A stretch of 64,000 nucleotides of DNA from Raillietiella orientalis (Eukaryota): the NCBI GenBank assembly GCA_036172245.1, contig JAYWIR010000046.1, positions 558,001 to 622,000 of the forward strand, in the 5' to 3' direction. This document shows positions 27,001-42,083 of the stretch, one piece after another. The notes below the pieces were generated by a model. It searched no databases, had not been told where the DNA came from, and was given only the letters and a program-made list of their open reading frames with translations. The translations under genes were made by a program, and so were the position numbers. Each line of letters begins with the position of its first letter. Within the stretch, counting starts at the first letter, position 1.

Positions 27001-30000
27001 TCGCTTTGTGGTCTAATCTTTTTTCCTCTCTAATCGTTTAAGATTTAGTAGCATCCTTGTTTTTTTCCATGCTTTGTTCAATTCTTTACACCTGTTTCAT
27101 AGACAGGATGTCTGAATAAAAAACCATTCTCCGCATTTTCCTGTCTTATTTACCCTAAAAAAAAAAAACAAAAATACCATCTTGCTCCTTTTTTAAAAAA
27201 TGAATAAGCTCACTTACAATTCGAGTTTGAAATATATTCACAATTTCTGAGCTTCAACAAAAACCAGAAAAGACTTTTCTGGTTTTTGTTGCTGTATATT
27301 TTCGAAAAGTGGAAAAATTAAAATGACCATCATTGATTTTTCTCTTATATATGTTATGTATTATATATGCGAAATAAATGTAAATCAACAAAAAGCATGT
27401 GAGATGTTATTCATCTCCTTTATTTTATTAAAATTATTTCATTCCGAATTTTGCAATCAGAAACAGAAACTGGCAAAAGTTTTTCTCCAGCTGATTGCCT
27501 CATCTATTGGAAAATCAAACACAGTTTCGACGTTTGCAAGTAGCCACATGTTACATTCTATGTTTGAAATTTTTTCAGAAATCAACAGAAACAAACTTTG
27601 CATATGCAGTTTCTAGGTTTCCTCTGCAGAAATGCAGAAATGTGAGTTTCTTTGTTATACATAATAATCTAAGCAACTATTTTCAATATTTCTTTAAATT
27701 CAGTTTTTTCTGTATCCATCGAGGAAGGCAACGAACTCTTGTTATTTTGAAACGACACCTTACATTATTTTTTTTTTTTTAAATGTTGTTTTGATTCCTT
27801 CATAATAGGGAGTTTTGCACTTTCGCTATCAGTGGTTACCGCGACCGAGAATTTTTCAGGTACCTTCCAAGAGAGTTTTCTCTTCTCTCTATCAGTTAAT
27901 TTATTTTGAACATTTTGTTGGGTCCTTGTTTTAATTCATTGATTTTGATGTGTACCCTGAATCCTGGATCCATTCAAATTCCAACTCACATTCTCAGTTT
28001 CCACATCAAGGTATCAAATATTTTCTTCATAGAAGAAATACGTCTATTCTTGGAAATGCATTCGATCTTCGTTTTCTAGAACTGGTATGCTAATGAAGTT
28101 AGTTTAATCAAATAGAACATTAGTCTTGTTTCGGATCATGTTACTGATTTGAGAAAAGTTTTTGTTTGAAAGCACACAATTTTTCCCTTTATTGAAGGAA
28201 ACTTGGGTGAATATTTTTCAGTCTGCTTGTTCTCTTCATTTGTCTTCGTTTTTTTCACAATTCGTAATTTTGCAAAGTCACGTCAAATAAATGGCTTGGT
28301 ATTCGTTTATCTTTGTCTCCCTACATCATATACAAACCATGGAGTACAACTAGTTTGCCAATGTTTTCCGAATTTAAAGACAACAAAAATTTGTTCTAAT
28401 CAGAAGGAAATTCTTCATGATCTACCCTTTTTCCTACCTTTCGTGTATAGATATGTACGTTATAGAGTGTCCTTTGATTTGGTGTTTCAATAAAGGAAAG
28501 CATTTGGTTCGCATAACTCTATTTTCAATAAACTGGTTTATAGTTATGAAGTCATTAACCCTTTTAGTTAGCCGTTTTTTCTTTTCTTTTCCAATGTTTT
28601 GTTTTTTCCTGCTCATCTCAATTATTTGGTCATACAACAGACGGTTTAACTATAGATAAGCGCGTGCTGTTTTTTTTTATTCATTAATAGTATACAGTAG
28701 AAGAACTTGATTTGCCAATAGCATCCTGTATCAATGTGTAATGATATACTTCATCATGCAAGTATGTTAACTAACTTTTGGTAGGAAAGAATACTACACA
28801 ATTAAAGTAAGTTTGAGAATGGATAGGAAATTTTATCTTGACGTATCAGTGTGAACTTTAAATTATTCTATAGAACCTTATAGATATGCGCAATTTGGAT
28901 TCATACAAACACTCGAACTTTTGGATTGCAGCTGGGAATGACAACTATTTTTTCATCACTGCTCTTCTGTTTTTTTTGTATATTAAAATTTGACTTTAAA
29001 ATCGAAAATCAGTTAGTTATTCCACAAACCAAATTCTGTATAATAACAGCGTCAATATAAACAACGTCTGAAATATGTTTTGTAAACTGAACTGCGAGAA
29101 ATCAAATATCACTGAAGATTTTCTATGAATTTATCTCATTGGGAATTCTGTCAACAGAATGTCATAAATACATTTTCGAAAGCACGAAATAACGAAATTT
29201 TATAAAAATATAATGAAAAAATTCAATTCATGTGATTTTATTTTATTTTAAGAGGATTCAAGTAAAATTTCTCAAACATCTATCTATCTATTACTACGAC
29301 GAGTAATTATTAAGACTTCCGTGTATATAGTATATATTTTATATCCTGTAAATATGTATTTTTAAAGCATATATAGTGATTACTCTGTTTTCAGATATTC
29401 CACAATTCTCTCAAGAGGTAAACCTCAGTATGTTTACACTTTTTCAAGATCTTGGAACTTTAATCCTTTTTGCTAATTCTTTTCTATGCGTTTCCTTCAC
29501 ACACAATGCTGTCTGGTTTATAAGCAAGCCATTTGCATTCATCTTTCTATTTATTAACTTTGTTTATTCTTCATTTTCCAAGAAAACGAAGTTTTTAAAT
29601 TGTGCTGGGCCATGGGAATTAATCAGTTGTGTACAACGAAAATGCATTCTTGCACGAATATTTTCATAACATTTGTAATCATGTGATTTGATTGTATAAT
29701 CTGAAGAATAATCATTATTCATACGGACCATGTAATTGCTGCAATTTTCACAATATGATCTAAATAAAAGATGAAACAACCATGGATTTTCCCACACTAT
29801 TGCTTTAATCTCAGAATAATAAGGCATTTTTGTAACTGCATTTTCTCAAAATAGGTGCTACCGATTTTTCAATGAATATCGATTATTCTCATTTCTTTAA
29901 GAAATTATAGAGTCTGAACGAATGTTTTGAGGGTGCAGAATTTCCCTGCTATAAAATATCGGGTTTTCGCGTTATTTCTTACTGTGCTAATGAAAGTCGA

Positions 30001-33000
30001 ATGCGGTAAAACTATATGGTTATGCCCGGCCAGACATTTATAAATCGTGTCTTTTATGTAGATATGACTCAATGCTTTGACGCCGTATAGACTCGAAGGT
30101 AAGCATTATGTTTCATCATCTCATGTGACTGGTCTTTTTGCATGTGTGGGGTTAGAGAAAATAGACTCTAAATTGTGTATTCTGTTGTTGTAATGGTTTC
30201 TTAGCGTGCAGTTAGTATAGTCTGCATTCAATTTACTACATCTTGATTTCCCGAGGGTAATTGGGATTTCAAGCTAACATCTCCAAAGGCTGATTAAGCA
30301 AAATATTGCATTGCTAAAAATTAAGTTGATTTATGAAATTTAAAATGCGTCATAATCTTATGAAGGAGGCTCTCTTTAAAGTTGCTATACAATTGTCTTG
30401 TATAGGGAGCTCATACATTTTATTTTGCTTACTGCCATTTAAGTTTCTTTTCAATGTTTCAACCTATCAATAATGTATAATAAATTCCGTTGTTTTTGCA
30501 TTTCTGGAAATTCATTCCATTTTGAGTTTAAATTTGCACGAAACGAAACAGCGACATGAAACATAAATGCTCGTCACGTGGAAAATACTAACGTAATAAA
30601 AAAAACTTGAAAGATTCGAAGAGTTCGAGGATCAAACAAAGATTCACTTTGAAATGCCTTGTAAATTCGATCATGTACTTTGAAAATCGATAGCTTTTAG
30701 GAAACTTACACTTGGATGATCATTTTCATAGTATAATTACTTTAATGCCAGAATCGCATTATAATAAGAAACAATCCATACGTAATATACATTTGCAAAA
30801 ATTATTTGAAAGATTCGGCTGTTTTATTACGAAGAAAATGGAAAAGCTGAATTCACAGCACTGCTTGAGGGAGTTTCAACTAAATGATCATTATACAGCT
30901 CTACTTATTGTGTTAAATTTCTGTTGAAAAGTAACTTAAAAAGAAACAATTATATTTAAAGTGGTGTCATTGCGATGATGTGATCAAGAGACTCCGAAAA
31001 CTGGGACCATTTAACAAAAAGGCAATGAAATGGTTACCTTTCACAGATTCAATATAAATCCCAAAAATATTAGGATATATGGATTGTATATATTCCAAAT
31101 AGAATTTATATAATTGGAGCCGCGAAAATTGGAATCTGTAAAAGTTATTCGTTTCAACCCCAGATTCAAAAAGATTTAAGGTGTAATGGTTTTAAGGTTC
31201 AAAAGATTAGCCATACTTTCACTGTTTTGCTAAGAAGCAAGTAGACATTTCAGTACACTAGAAGTATTAAGATGTTTGCAATAATAAAAGCTATTTAAAA
31301 ACTATGTACTTTGAAATTAAAATAGTAAACTCAGCTAAACAATTAAAGAGATAAATCTGTGATGCCGCTAATTTAGATATACAGAGAACGATTTACAAGT
31401 GGACATTTTTTTCTTTAAACTGTAAATTTAAGTTGAGTATAAGTGTTTTGATAACCTTCCCTTTGTTTAAAATTAATGCTTCATTATGCTACACCTGATA
31501 ATACTCGAATGATAGCAATTAACCGGTGAAGACTTGTGTGAGAGTGAGTGTATTATAAAAACATTTTATTCCAGAATGCTGAAGAGCATACGTATTGAGG
31601 AATCTGTTAAATCTTTAGAAGAAAGTCAATTTTGTTCGAAACGATTGTTTCTGGACATACTCTTGGAATCGCGAAACGGCATCTCATGAAAAAATTCAAG
31701 AGAAGTTTCGTTTCTTGCAATACAAATACAGATTTGGCATTCATTTATCAAACTGACTTATTGTTCTATTCTACTACCGCATATTTAAAAAGTTCTAACT
31801 AAGTTGTATGTGATGTCATGCACTCATGAGAATATTTAGTAAATTTTTCATTATGTAGGTGTTTTCTATTAGTTTTACAAATGATAAATGCGTTACTTTT
31901 CGTTGAAATCTAATTTAATGAAGACAACACTGAAACAACCCACCTTCTAAACATCAGAATCCTAATTTTATAAGAAAACGTACAATAATGAGTACATGCC
32001 ATAATAATTACAATGTGATAGTGTTCACTAATGATGACCTCCGTAATGATAATCGAAACAAGGAAGTGACGTGATCATTGCACAATATTTTGTAATAGAA
32101 GGGAGCTCGATAAAAGGATTTTACTATTCATTACTCTGTGATAATAGTAGTAATACCCATATATATCTATAATATCAGGTGACTTTTATGAGTAAAGTTG
32201 GTACTACTAATTCTTATGAAAGGAGGGTAGACAATTTACACAGTTTTAGTTTTCGAAACGGGAAATCTTAAACTGTAACCTGCGTTTTCTTTCCAAAAGC
32301 GAATTCGTAGCAATACTAACATTAAGAAAATCAGCATTCTAAGATGCTGTTCCTGTTGAACAGTAAACGACTTTCAAAAATTTATAGATGAGAGAAAAGG
32401 TTAAATTATGAAAAAAAAGTACCCATAAAATAAAAGGATGTGGATTCCACGAGAAGCATCCGAAAAATAAGTTTCTGTCATCAGAGAAATGTAAATGTAA
32501 ATGAGAAATGGGAAAAGAAACCACGATGTATTTCATTTATGAATTATTACAAATAGCAGCATGTAACAGAAACAGCAAGACACAAAAAGATCCAATCTCC
32601 GAGACTGAAAGCATAGCAATTTGTAACTTATGAAAATGAGTGTAATATAAACTAGCTTTGATCCCAGGGATTTTTTTTTTTTTTGACACGGAAATGAAAC
32701 TTCATGCCAAATCTCTCTCTCTCTTCTTTTCCAATGTCGTAACGCATTTTCTGTTCTGATTTCACGAAACTATTCAGTAATTGTGGAATATCTTGTGCAA
32801 ATATAAAGATTGCAATCTTGACTGCCTTTCAGTGACTAGGTCTGAAGTCCATTAGCAGTTATATCGAGAAGTTATTCAATAAAATCTTCAGATCACTCCT
32901 TTATTCACCATTTTGTGAATAAAGGAGGGAACGAAGATCGAGGATTCCTGTTTAATTTCTCCATTTCTAGTTCCCAGGCCATTGGGAATCGCTTCATTTA

Positions 33001-36000
33001 ATTTCGAGATGTGCCCGTGACGGGAATGATGGAATACTTCTTCATTTCGATCCTTCCACGTAAAATAAATCTGGACATAAAATAAGAATGATTGGATATC
33101 ATAAGAAAATCAGAGAGTGGAAAAAGTTAGAACGCTTGATTTCAGCACGAAAAATCACAAAAATCAATATAGAGGCCATTCATTGCTTAGCTACACAGAA
33201 TCTGCTTGTATTACACATATGCCAAGAGTGAAAATTACTAAGAAGACTATTCGAACCGTTATTTGCATCCCCAGGAAATAAAAAATCATTACTCACTCAA
33301 GTTTCAGGCAATCAGAACCAAAAAGGTAGTCGAAGCAAAAACTAACTCAATTTCTGGGTATAGGAAAAAAAGGAACAATAAAAAAAAAAGAGTCGATTTA
33401 TTCTTAAACTTCCCATGAATATCGGATCAACTGAAAATGCAATTGTTTTTTTAGTTTGGAATTTTTTTAGAATATTGTGATTCATGAATTAGTCTATGAT
33501 TCTACGGGCAAGAATATTAGTTCATATTCTTTTTATATTCTTGATTTTTTTTCGAGTGTTTTTCAACTTTTCTATATCATATTTTCTTAATTGTACTTCA
33601 AAATCTGATTCTGTGTTCTGTGCGTTACCACCTCCCCAGAGTTTCTATTTAAAGTTGTGATCATTTATCACAAGTTCTACATTCTTGCATTTGTTTTTCA
33701 TGATCATGATAATTTATTCACTCTTTCCAATACAATGTTTTTCCTGGAAACAAGGATTTACTTGAATTGCTCACATTCTACTTTATGATACAAATCGTTT
33801 TTGTCAGTTCAGTTTTTATGCCTCAAAGCACTTGCACCCTTTCATTTCAAAGGATCATTGAAAGATAAAGTTTTCTTATCTAATTCAATTGAGTCGTCAT
33901 TATTAACAGTATAGTTCGAATGGTAATTTTATTCCTCCATTAATTGCAATATTGATTATTCTCTCTGCCTCGCATATTCAAGTAGTGCTATGAATTATGA
34001 CCCACACAATCATCAGCTAGCTCACTTGTATATTACATTTATCCCCTACAGTTCAAATTTCTACTTTTATTCACGTATACGTCAACTTACTTTAAAAGAC
34101 TGTCCACTTTTCGATATTTGTCTAAGTAAGTGCTCACGATTGCTTTTCCTCGGTAGTAGAGTTCGATATTTTTGTTTATCGGATGCATTCTCACAATTCT
34201 TTTCCTGTAGGTTTTCCAATCACATAAATTCACCAGAAAGCAGGAAATATTTGCAAACTTAGACTACTGAATAAGCGAGCCCTTGTACATATGAAAGGGT
34301 TTGTTCCACTCAACGTAAATCAATTAACTGTTCAGATTTTATGCGCTTCTTTAATATTTCTAGATTTAAAGCGGCTATCAACTCAGGAAATCTCTTATTC
34401 CATCCATTTGTCACAGATGTTTCGGAACGATGCTTGCAACTTAATTGTAACAAAGTTCTTTTTCTGAAAATCTATGGAAACAAATTTCATATTATGAGAG
34501 TTCGTTTTAGTAGACTGCTCTCTAAAAAAGACTGAATTTAGTCTGAGTGTTATATGTTTGTCTAAATTCAATCTCCAACTTATTTCACCCTAATGAGTCA
34601 TTATAGGTTCTGGCTCACTGTTCAAATGTCAACTTATCACGCTTAGAAAATCAAAGAACTTTCTGATGCTTAAGAAGAACATCTACTGAAATTAATTCAT
34701 TTTCTAAGATTTTTTTCTCTCAAGATTATTTCGAATGTTTTCCATTAATATTTCTTGCTTTTGTAACAATATTAGGAGACCAATTTTTCAGAAAAATTCT
34801 TATTCAGTTATATAAGACAAAACAAACTGAAAACTGTTTTCACAATATCAACAATCGTAATCTGAGGATTATTTGAAGAAGATACATAACTTTCTCCATA
34901 TTGTTATTGTTATTTTAATTGAGCACATCTTCAACTTCATTTACGTTCTTCTCAAAATCTAATGGTTTCAGTTGTAACTATTTGATTGTAACTATTGTAA
35001 GTTGTAACTATTTGCTTTTAAGATTAGACTAACTTTTAGCTGGTTCAATTTTGGACCAGAACATTAAGCTAGTTATTTGTTAAACAAGTCATGGGTTATT
35101 AAGATTATGAACTACTCTCCTACTGAATCAACTCCCCTTTAAAGATCGTTTCTTTAAAAACTGGCCATTGCAAACAAAAGTGTAATTTCTGGAAACTGTG
35201 CGCCTTTTTTTTTGTTTGTTTTGTCCTGTTTCACTTCAGTCAAAGAGATGGCTTTAGTGATTCACTTAATCAACTTGAGATTTTTGCTAGGAAATCAACA
35301 CGTGACAAAATTGTGGTTATGGACCTCTTCTCCAAACATATGATAGCTCTATTTCTCTTCATTCTATGAAGAGAAATAGAGCTAAAGTATTGAACCGTAG
35401 TTATCCTAATTCCTAAAATTTTTTTTCCAGAGTTATTGCAGTTTATCGGATTGTGGAGTCCTTCTATCAAGTCTCTTCAATAAAGTCTTATTCTTAGGGA
35501 ATCATCCTTCCTCATGAATGTATGCTCATTTTCCGCAATCTTGTACTCTTGGTAATTTCCTAAACAGAAAGCATTTTTATTGAAACAAATTGTATGGATG
35601 AGATGATTTGTTGACGTTTACCGTATCATATAATTGTTCCAAAGCAAGAGTCTCTAAGAAAACTTTCTGAATCATTAAGTTTCATTCTCTAATTTTTCCC
35701 CTTTTTCCGATATAAGATTTATACTTAATAAATCGAGAGAAAAATGAACTAGTAGTATAAAAAGAATTTAGTAGCTTTGATAACCTCATCCTACAGAGTA
35801 ATGAAAAAATTATCCCCCCCCCCGTCCCCAAAAAACAAAACAAAAAACAAATACATGTGGCTGACTCCCAGTTTAGACTGCCACTGTCAATGGTGACTTT
35901 GGAATCCTGGTAACTGATAATTTGTAATCAACTGATGGGATCAAATTCAGTACTCGTAAGAATATTGAAAACGCGAAAGGAGTTCTGATTAGATTTATTT

Positions 36001-39000
36001 GTTCCGAATATATGCATTCTGAAGGCACCCTGTCTGGAAAGTCTTGTAGGATGAATCCCATGATCATCCGAAAAGGCTTTCCAGTGCCATCACATAATTT
36101 GTCAACGAGAGACGAAACTGACTAAGATGGGAATAGATGTGAATGTGTCTTTTTACAAGGAGACTGGTTTTATCAAAAGGAAAAGTTTCTATCAGTTTCT
36201 GTTCATATGGGATTCTTGCTCTGGTGAAGAGATGGAGAAAGTGCATAATGGATAACGACTTTTTTCCTTTCTTATTCATTATCACACGAAAGTCGTTTGC
36301 AACTATCACCTCATCGATGCTAAAGCATTTTTTACACGAGAAGACAACACGTAATAATTCATCACTAATTACATTTATGTAATATTATATAATTCTAAAG
36401 CTTTTCTGAACTTATAGCTTGAGATCAAGGAATTTGGTTTATTTCTAGTATCAAGACAATACCAAGTTTCTTTTTTTTTTTCCTGCACATCAAATGCTTA
36501 ACGATATTTCTTTCCTCTAAATTGTTTTTGACAGTGGTTTCTTTTGATAAATATTCGTTATTTTCCAATGGTGATCAAGATTGATTGTTTGGTACTGACT
36601 ATTGACTTGATCTTAGCATATTTGCTAATTTATCAAAAAAGCATCTCTTGAAATTGTTTTCTTTTTTTTATATTAATTAAAGGAAACTAATTAATTTCAT
36701 AAATAAAGTACTTTATTTTGTTTAGCTAACTTGATACGATTGCATGATTCTTTTTGTTGGAACTTTGAGTATTTTTTTATATATGTATAGAATTCCAGTT
36801 TCTGTAGTTAGACATCGAATATGTGAAGTTGTTTCCAATTCTGGCATCGCTGCGATTTGCAGCTCATAGTCTTCAATTTATAAAAAGTATTTTGCTAATT
36901 TTCTTTCAATGTTTGGTTGATTTATGTTTTTATCGTGCCGAGGTTTGATATCCACTTTGACATGAAAATATGAACTTTAGTTTATTTCAGATTTTCCGAA
37001 TTCCGAATTCCCGAATAAGAATGAAATTGCGAGCAATTCAAAAATAAAAAAATAAATCAGAATGCTTCTAATGAGCTAATGAGTGAAATTCTAATGAATA
37101 AATAGTAATAATTTCTATAACAACGAATTTTGAAGGCCCATTACATGGATCTTGAAAACTAAAATGTACTGTATTATATTTACTTCAGTGAGGATGAAAC
37201 TGATCATAAAAGAAATTAGTTTAGAAAAACTAAGGGAAAAAGGGATTACAAGTAAAAATTGAAACCAATTAATAATGATTTTTCTTTTTAAGAAAACAAA
37301 TGAATGTCATGCAGTCTACAAAAGATTTAATCAATCAGTGTACAAATTGTCTTGAAAAAGAAGAGAAGAACAAAGTATTAACTAAAGAATTGGAAATTGT
37401 AAGTCAGTTTATCCGAATGCTTTCGATTATTTGATTATAGATGAAGAAGCTTTCCATCATACAGGACAAAAAATTACTTGACTTAGAAGAATTCATTAAC
37501 AATATGGAGCAAATTAATCATTATCACGGAGAAAGTATTCAGAAAGTTACAGAAATGAACTCAGCAATGGAGCAACAAAATAAAGTTCTTCATCAGACAG
37601 TACACAAATTTGAAGAAACGCTGAGAGAAAAGAATGAGTTAATTGTGAATTTGGAACAGCAAAATAATTCTCTGAGGTATATTTTGTAAATAAGAGAGAA
37701 GCGAAAGAATACTCGTTAATCAAAACAAAAAAAAGTAAATTTCTTTCCTTTAACGACTGTACATCAATAGCTCGTTTGAACAAATGAAAGTCAGTTTAAA
37801 TTTTAAGTGAAAAAAAATGTTGACTGGAGCCTAAAAATTTGGGAAAATTGTTTCATGCACAGGAAAGCCTTTTAAAGTTGACATATCTAAAAATTGAAGT
37901 AAAGAAAAACATTTGTGAAATAAAAATATTTAGCCAGGTGAAAGAAATAACGAAAAATGGTAGGGACCTTACTTCTCTTATTTTGTTATTTTATTAAGTA
38001 TTTCTTTTTTACGTCTTCCTCATTATGCCATGCTTTCTTGTCAAGTGTCTCGTTTTGCGAAGAATTCAAAATTGTTCTGATCTACTTGCTAATATTTTAA
38101 TTTATCGTGCTTAGTCTGCCAGTTTATTTGTATTCGCAATAATTTATTTCTCAATGCACGCGCTAGCAGAGATTTTTCTTCTTTTAACATCAGCTATGTA
38201 ACAGAAAATTCAACGATCATCAGCCTAAGTCCTTTCTGGGAATTACTCGATTCATTTTTTCATTACATGACAAATGTTAGGGGATACAGTAGAGGGCATC
38301 TCTCCTATTCTGCTCTCAAATGTTGCTCAGGAGATTTAATCTTCAGCGCTAGTGACGCAATGTTGGTAAATAATGGTGATCGACATGTTATTAAAGTATA
38401 AGGTTCGTCACAAAATTAAAAGACCTGAGATGTGAACAAGTTTTCTTTCAGGGTGTTAAATAAGCTCAATATTAGGGAGTTCAACCAATTATAATCTCTC
38501 ATATTCATGTGTTTCCCATTTACGTTTAGTATTTGTATGAGGATTAGATTAGTTTTAAACATCTTTATAAGATGTTTTTCATGATGAAAAACGATCACAA
38601 AAGTTCGGATTTTCCCATCTAAGATTGTTTTTCAAGCATGTAAAATCACACAAGATTGCTAAAAATCTAAACCAAAAATCTTTCATTCTTGTGCTTGGCT
38701 TTTTTTTTTTCCCGAAAGATTATTATTTTTGACTCTACTTTCAAAGTTTCCGAAATATTTGTGCATCATTCTTTCTGATCTTTGTTCTAGGTATCATAAA
38801 GTTCAAAAACGTGATTCCCTCAAGCTACAAAGTTTTCCTTTTTTCAGTTTTCTTGTTTTTCATTTATTTAAACAGAATATCTTGGGAGAAACAACTTCGC
38901 CTACAGACTTTGGAATAGCAGAAGAATGAAGCTAGCTGAAAAAGACTCTTTATGTGAATAGCTATGATGACCAATCTTTGCTTTTGAAAAAAAATAAATA

Positions 39001-42000
39001 AATAAATGGATGAAAATGTAAAGAACAGAATCAAAAGTATGAGACAGAGGTCTACGAACTTTGATATTCCAAGTGGTTCCTTAGCTCAGCTGCGGAACAA
39101 TTTAAAGTCAACTGCTACAACTGCTCTTCTTATGCTTAGAGATGTTCAAGTTTTGTTCTTTTAAGTCTAGAAAAGGTCTGTAAAGAGATTGCGAGTCTTG
39201 CTCACAGGAAGCTTATTAGGAAGTTAAAAGATCTTGAATACAGGAAACAGCTGCTGTTGTCTTTTATGAAAAGATAAGAGTCGATTGAAAGAGAACAAGC
39301 GATCAAAGAATTGAATTTAAAATGAATTTCAATGAAATTTATCAGCATAGATAGAAGAAAACTTTTCAATTTTGTTCTACAGTTTACATCATCATATTGA
39401 TTTTGAAACAACGATTACTTATTGATATAAGACTCGATGAGACCAGAAAGTTTGTAGTCCAAGTTGTAAGATTCAGGAAAAATTTCAATGTTGCTCTGTT
39501 TATCAGTACAGCGGCTATGAGTAGTAAACAAAGTATGTGCATTATCTCTGAAAGAAGATTGTGCTTTAGAGAAACGTTTTTTAGAGAAAAAATGTCGTGT
39601 GCGATTCAAAATAGGGGTAGGGACATTATAGAAGTAGATAATGTATATTCAGGAAAAACAGTTGTATGTATCACAGGGGCTAGAAGCAACCACTCTGAAG
39701 ATGAATTCAAAGGTGAGAAGCAAAAATGTGGTTTTATCTCGAAGCTCAATAAGAGAAATACTAAATCAAACGCAGGAGAATTTGATAGGATTCCAGTGAT
39801 TACGAATTAAGTTTTTGAAATCGATTGAAAACAGATTATTCACAAATTTAAAGAAAAATCAGGAAATCAGGCTGCAAATGGAAATATACTTCAAGGAAAC
39901 CAGTTAAATACTGAAGCGTAATATTTACGTTGATGAGAAATGCAAGGATGGATTCGTGTGTATTTATGAAGATTAAACTCATCTTTTCCAAAGGCTTCAA
40001 ATGACAGTGCAGTATGGCGTAACGAAACTCACTGAACGCTCTTGTAATGACTGTTTACAGTAGCCATCTGAATCCCAAACAATATCCCTAAAACATGGGC
40101 TTAGTTTTCAGGCTATGGATCTCAAGAGCACCTTGAAAAAAATGGAAAGTGTGAATACAACTTGTGAATACGAAATGAAATTCAGAAAAGAAGTGTCATA
40201 GCATGCAAGATAGAATAGACTAATGATATCTGTCAAACTTTCGGAAAAGCTTTTAAATTCTTTTTAACAGGAGAAGATCATATCCATTGAACATGTTAGA
40301 AGTGTCACATTCATTTGATAGATTAAAAATGTAAACGATAACGAAGTGTTGCATCTTTCGAAATGACAGGAATAGAATCTTTTAGAAAAGATGAAACACT
40401 GTGCTTGAAAAATAGAGGGATCAGTATTATGGGAACAGAAGAATATCAGTTATTAAAAATCATCCAGGTATATCGATTTAAACCGAAGAAATTAAAGCAG
40501 CATTCATGCTCTTAAATGTTTTTTCTTCTGAACTAACCTTTATAAACACTCCATAAGCAAAACTATGTTCAAATAGCTTGATTTTTAGAATTAATCTCAC
40601 ATGTTCTGAGGACGAACCAAGGGGAATACACGAACCTGTTTTTCTAGAACTGTTTCGGTGGACATTGCATAGGAGTGGATTCCTCCATGTCTTAGTAATA
40701 TGTAAACAAGAATTTTAAATGTGCATTCCTCTTGGTTTTCGAATAACTATACTGAAAACGAGGCAAAGCAAAGCAGTTTAAGTATTTTGCATTTTGCATT
40801 TCGTGTCCAGATGTTAGGATTTAGGAGCTCAAAATTTAACAGAACTTTGAACACTACATCTTTTTGACACCAGTTTTTATGTATTATGTTTTAGTCTGAT
40901 AGATGCTGCACGTAATATGGATGTTGGTTGTCAAGTATACCCTATTTTAAATAGATACAAGGTGGTGGTCAATATGAAAATATGATGCGAAGAATCAGCA
41001 ACCGTTTTATTGCCAGAAAAGTGTTCATGCTGTCTGAAACTTACCAGAACAGAACAAATACCTTATTCTGTGAACAAATGTTGCGGATTTTCTCTCGAGG
41101 GATTGGCAGTTCCTTCGAATTTTTACGAATGCGTGGATGCTAGATGAAAAGAATTTAAACCGACAGTTTGTTTTCTGAGTAGCTTTAAAGGCCACATGTG
41201 ACGAATACTGGCTGGTCACGCAATCTCGAACCAAACGTATAAGAGATTTGAATAAATTTCACAAATTGGATCATTAGTTAGCAAACAGAAGAACACTTTT
41301 GGAAGTCTTCTCCAAATTTTTAAAAGAAAAAAAAAATCCATACTGTGGTATTTGAGAAGTAAGAAAGAAAAACCGGTGTTTTTAAGTCGGCAAGTTAGCA
41401 GACCAAAATTACGAAATTCAACATGCATCCAGATCAGCTCTTTAGAAAAAGGATTGATGTTTTCCGAGGAGTAATTTCAGGATAATGAAAATAACAGTCT
41501 TGAAATTCATGGGTTCAAATCGAAATTCTACGTTAATACGACTTTCAAGATAATACGCCAATAGACATCAATTTTTTAATTGCATTAAAAACACTGTGTG
41601 CTTTATGTTTTTAAGTAGGGTTTACAATCATACAACGCTTCAGCGTATTTACTAAAAAATTTGAAGCAACATATTCTTGAATTAAAAGAGGCAAACAAAT
41701 AAAAACCTACCTTTTTGTCAATCTGTTCTAAATCTCTGTATTTCAGAAGTAAACAGAGCAATTTCGGATTTAACTTCTCAAAAGAATGCGAAAGTTTTCC
41801 TAAATTTCGGAATTTTCTCACAGTATTTTTCAGGTCTAATAAAAGTCTTCTCCAAGAAAACATACTGACGTCGGCAAATGAAATCGCTGTGCAAACAGAG
41901 TACTTTGAGTGCACAGAACTTGAGGTCTCACAGCAGCAATCAACAAAGATTGCAAGTACGGTGAACATCTGCCACCAATCATCTCAAACGAAGGAGGGAT

Positions 42001-42083
42001 ATGGCTCTCAAATTGTGGATGATAGCATATCAGGAGATGAATCTCAAAAAACCAACGATACCATATTATACGGAGATGATTAA
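24039..42083 (+). CDS. Multi-exon coiled-coil protein, CCDC73-like; supported exons 24039-24293, 24700-24827, 25036-25179, 37293-37398, 37441-37676, 41834-42083; 5' end and middle exons unresolved
   Basis: GT-AG bounded, phase-compatible, heptad-rich exons: KYFAIQEAKIKELLTRCYEL...KRETEQLREDYQKLQ|MERLDIEEEL...|RIQELNEVHLRLEKNV.... These are colinear with recalled CCDC73 segments (EKEIEGLKETLKALQ, HEKLEQNV). Candidate extra exons near 23350-23447, 27461-27641 and 37189-37251 do not phase cleanly. Confidence 0.7.
31540..31780 (+). mobile_element. Possible decayed LINE reverse-transcriptase fragment
   Basis: KTFYSRMLKSIRIEESVKSLEESQFCSKR...EKFR...HSFIKLT resembles the YKxxxRIL..RL...LxESQxGFR...EKxRE...FxD region. 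Confidence 0.35.
33560..34450 (-). mobile_element. Decayed Ty1/Copia pre-integrase and integrase remnant
   Basis: Ordered motifs with many stops: WNKRF...LNLEILKK, CEN...KYRTLLPRKS, INGGIK, VLERVNKL...ARM, KLWG (compare WHKRLGHLN, CxxCxxGKxxRLPFPKS, SxGG, VAERxNRTL...ARxM, FWxEA). Confidence 0.5.
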
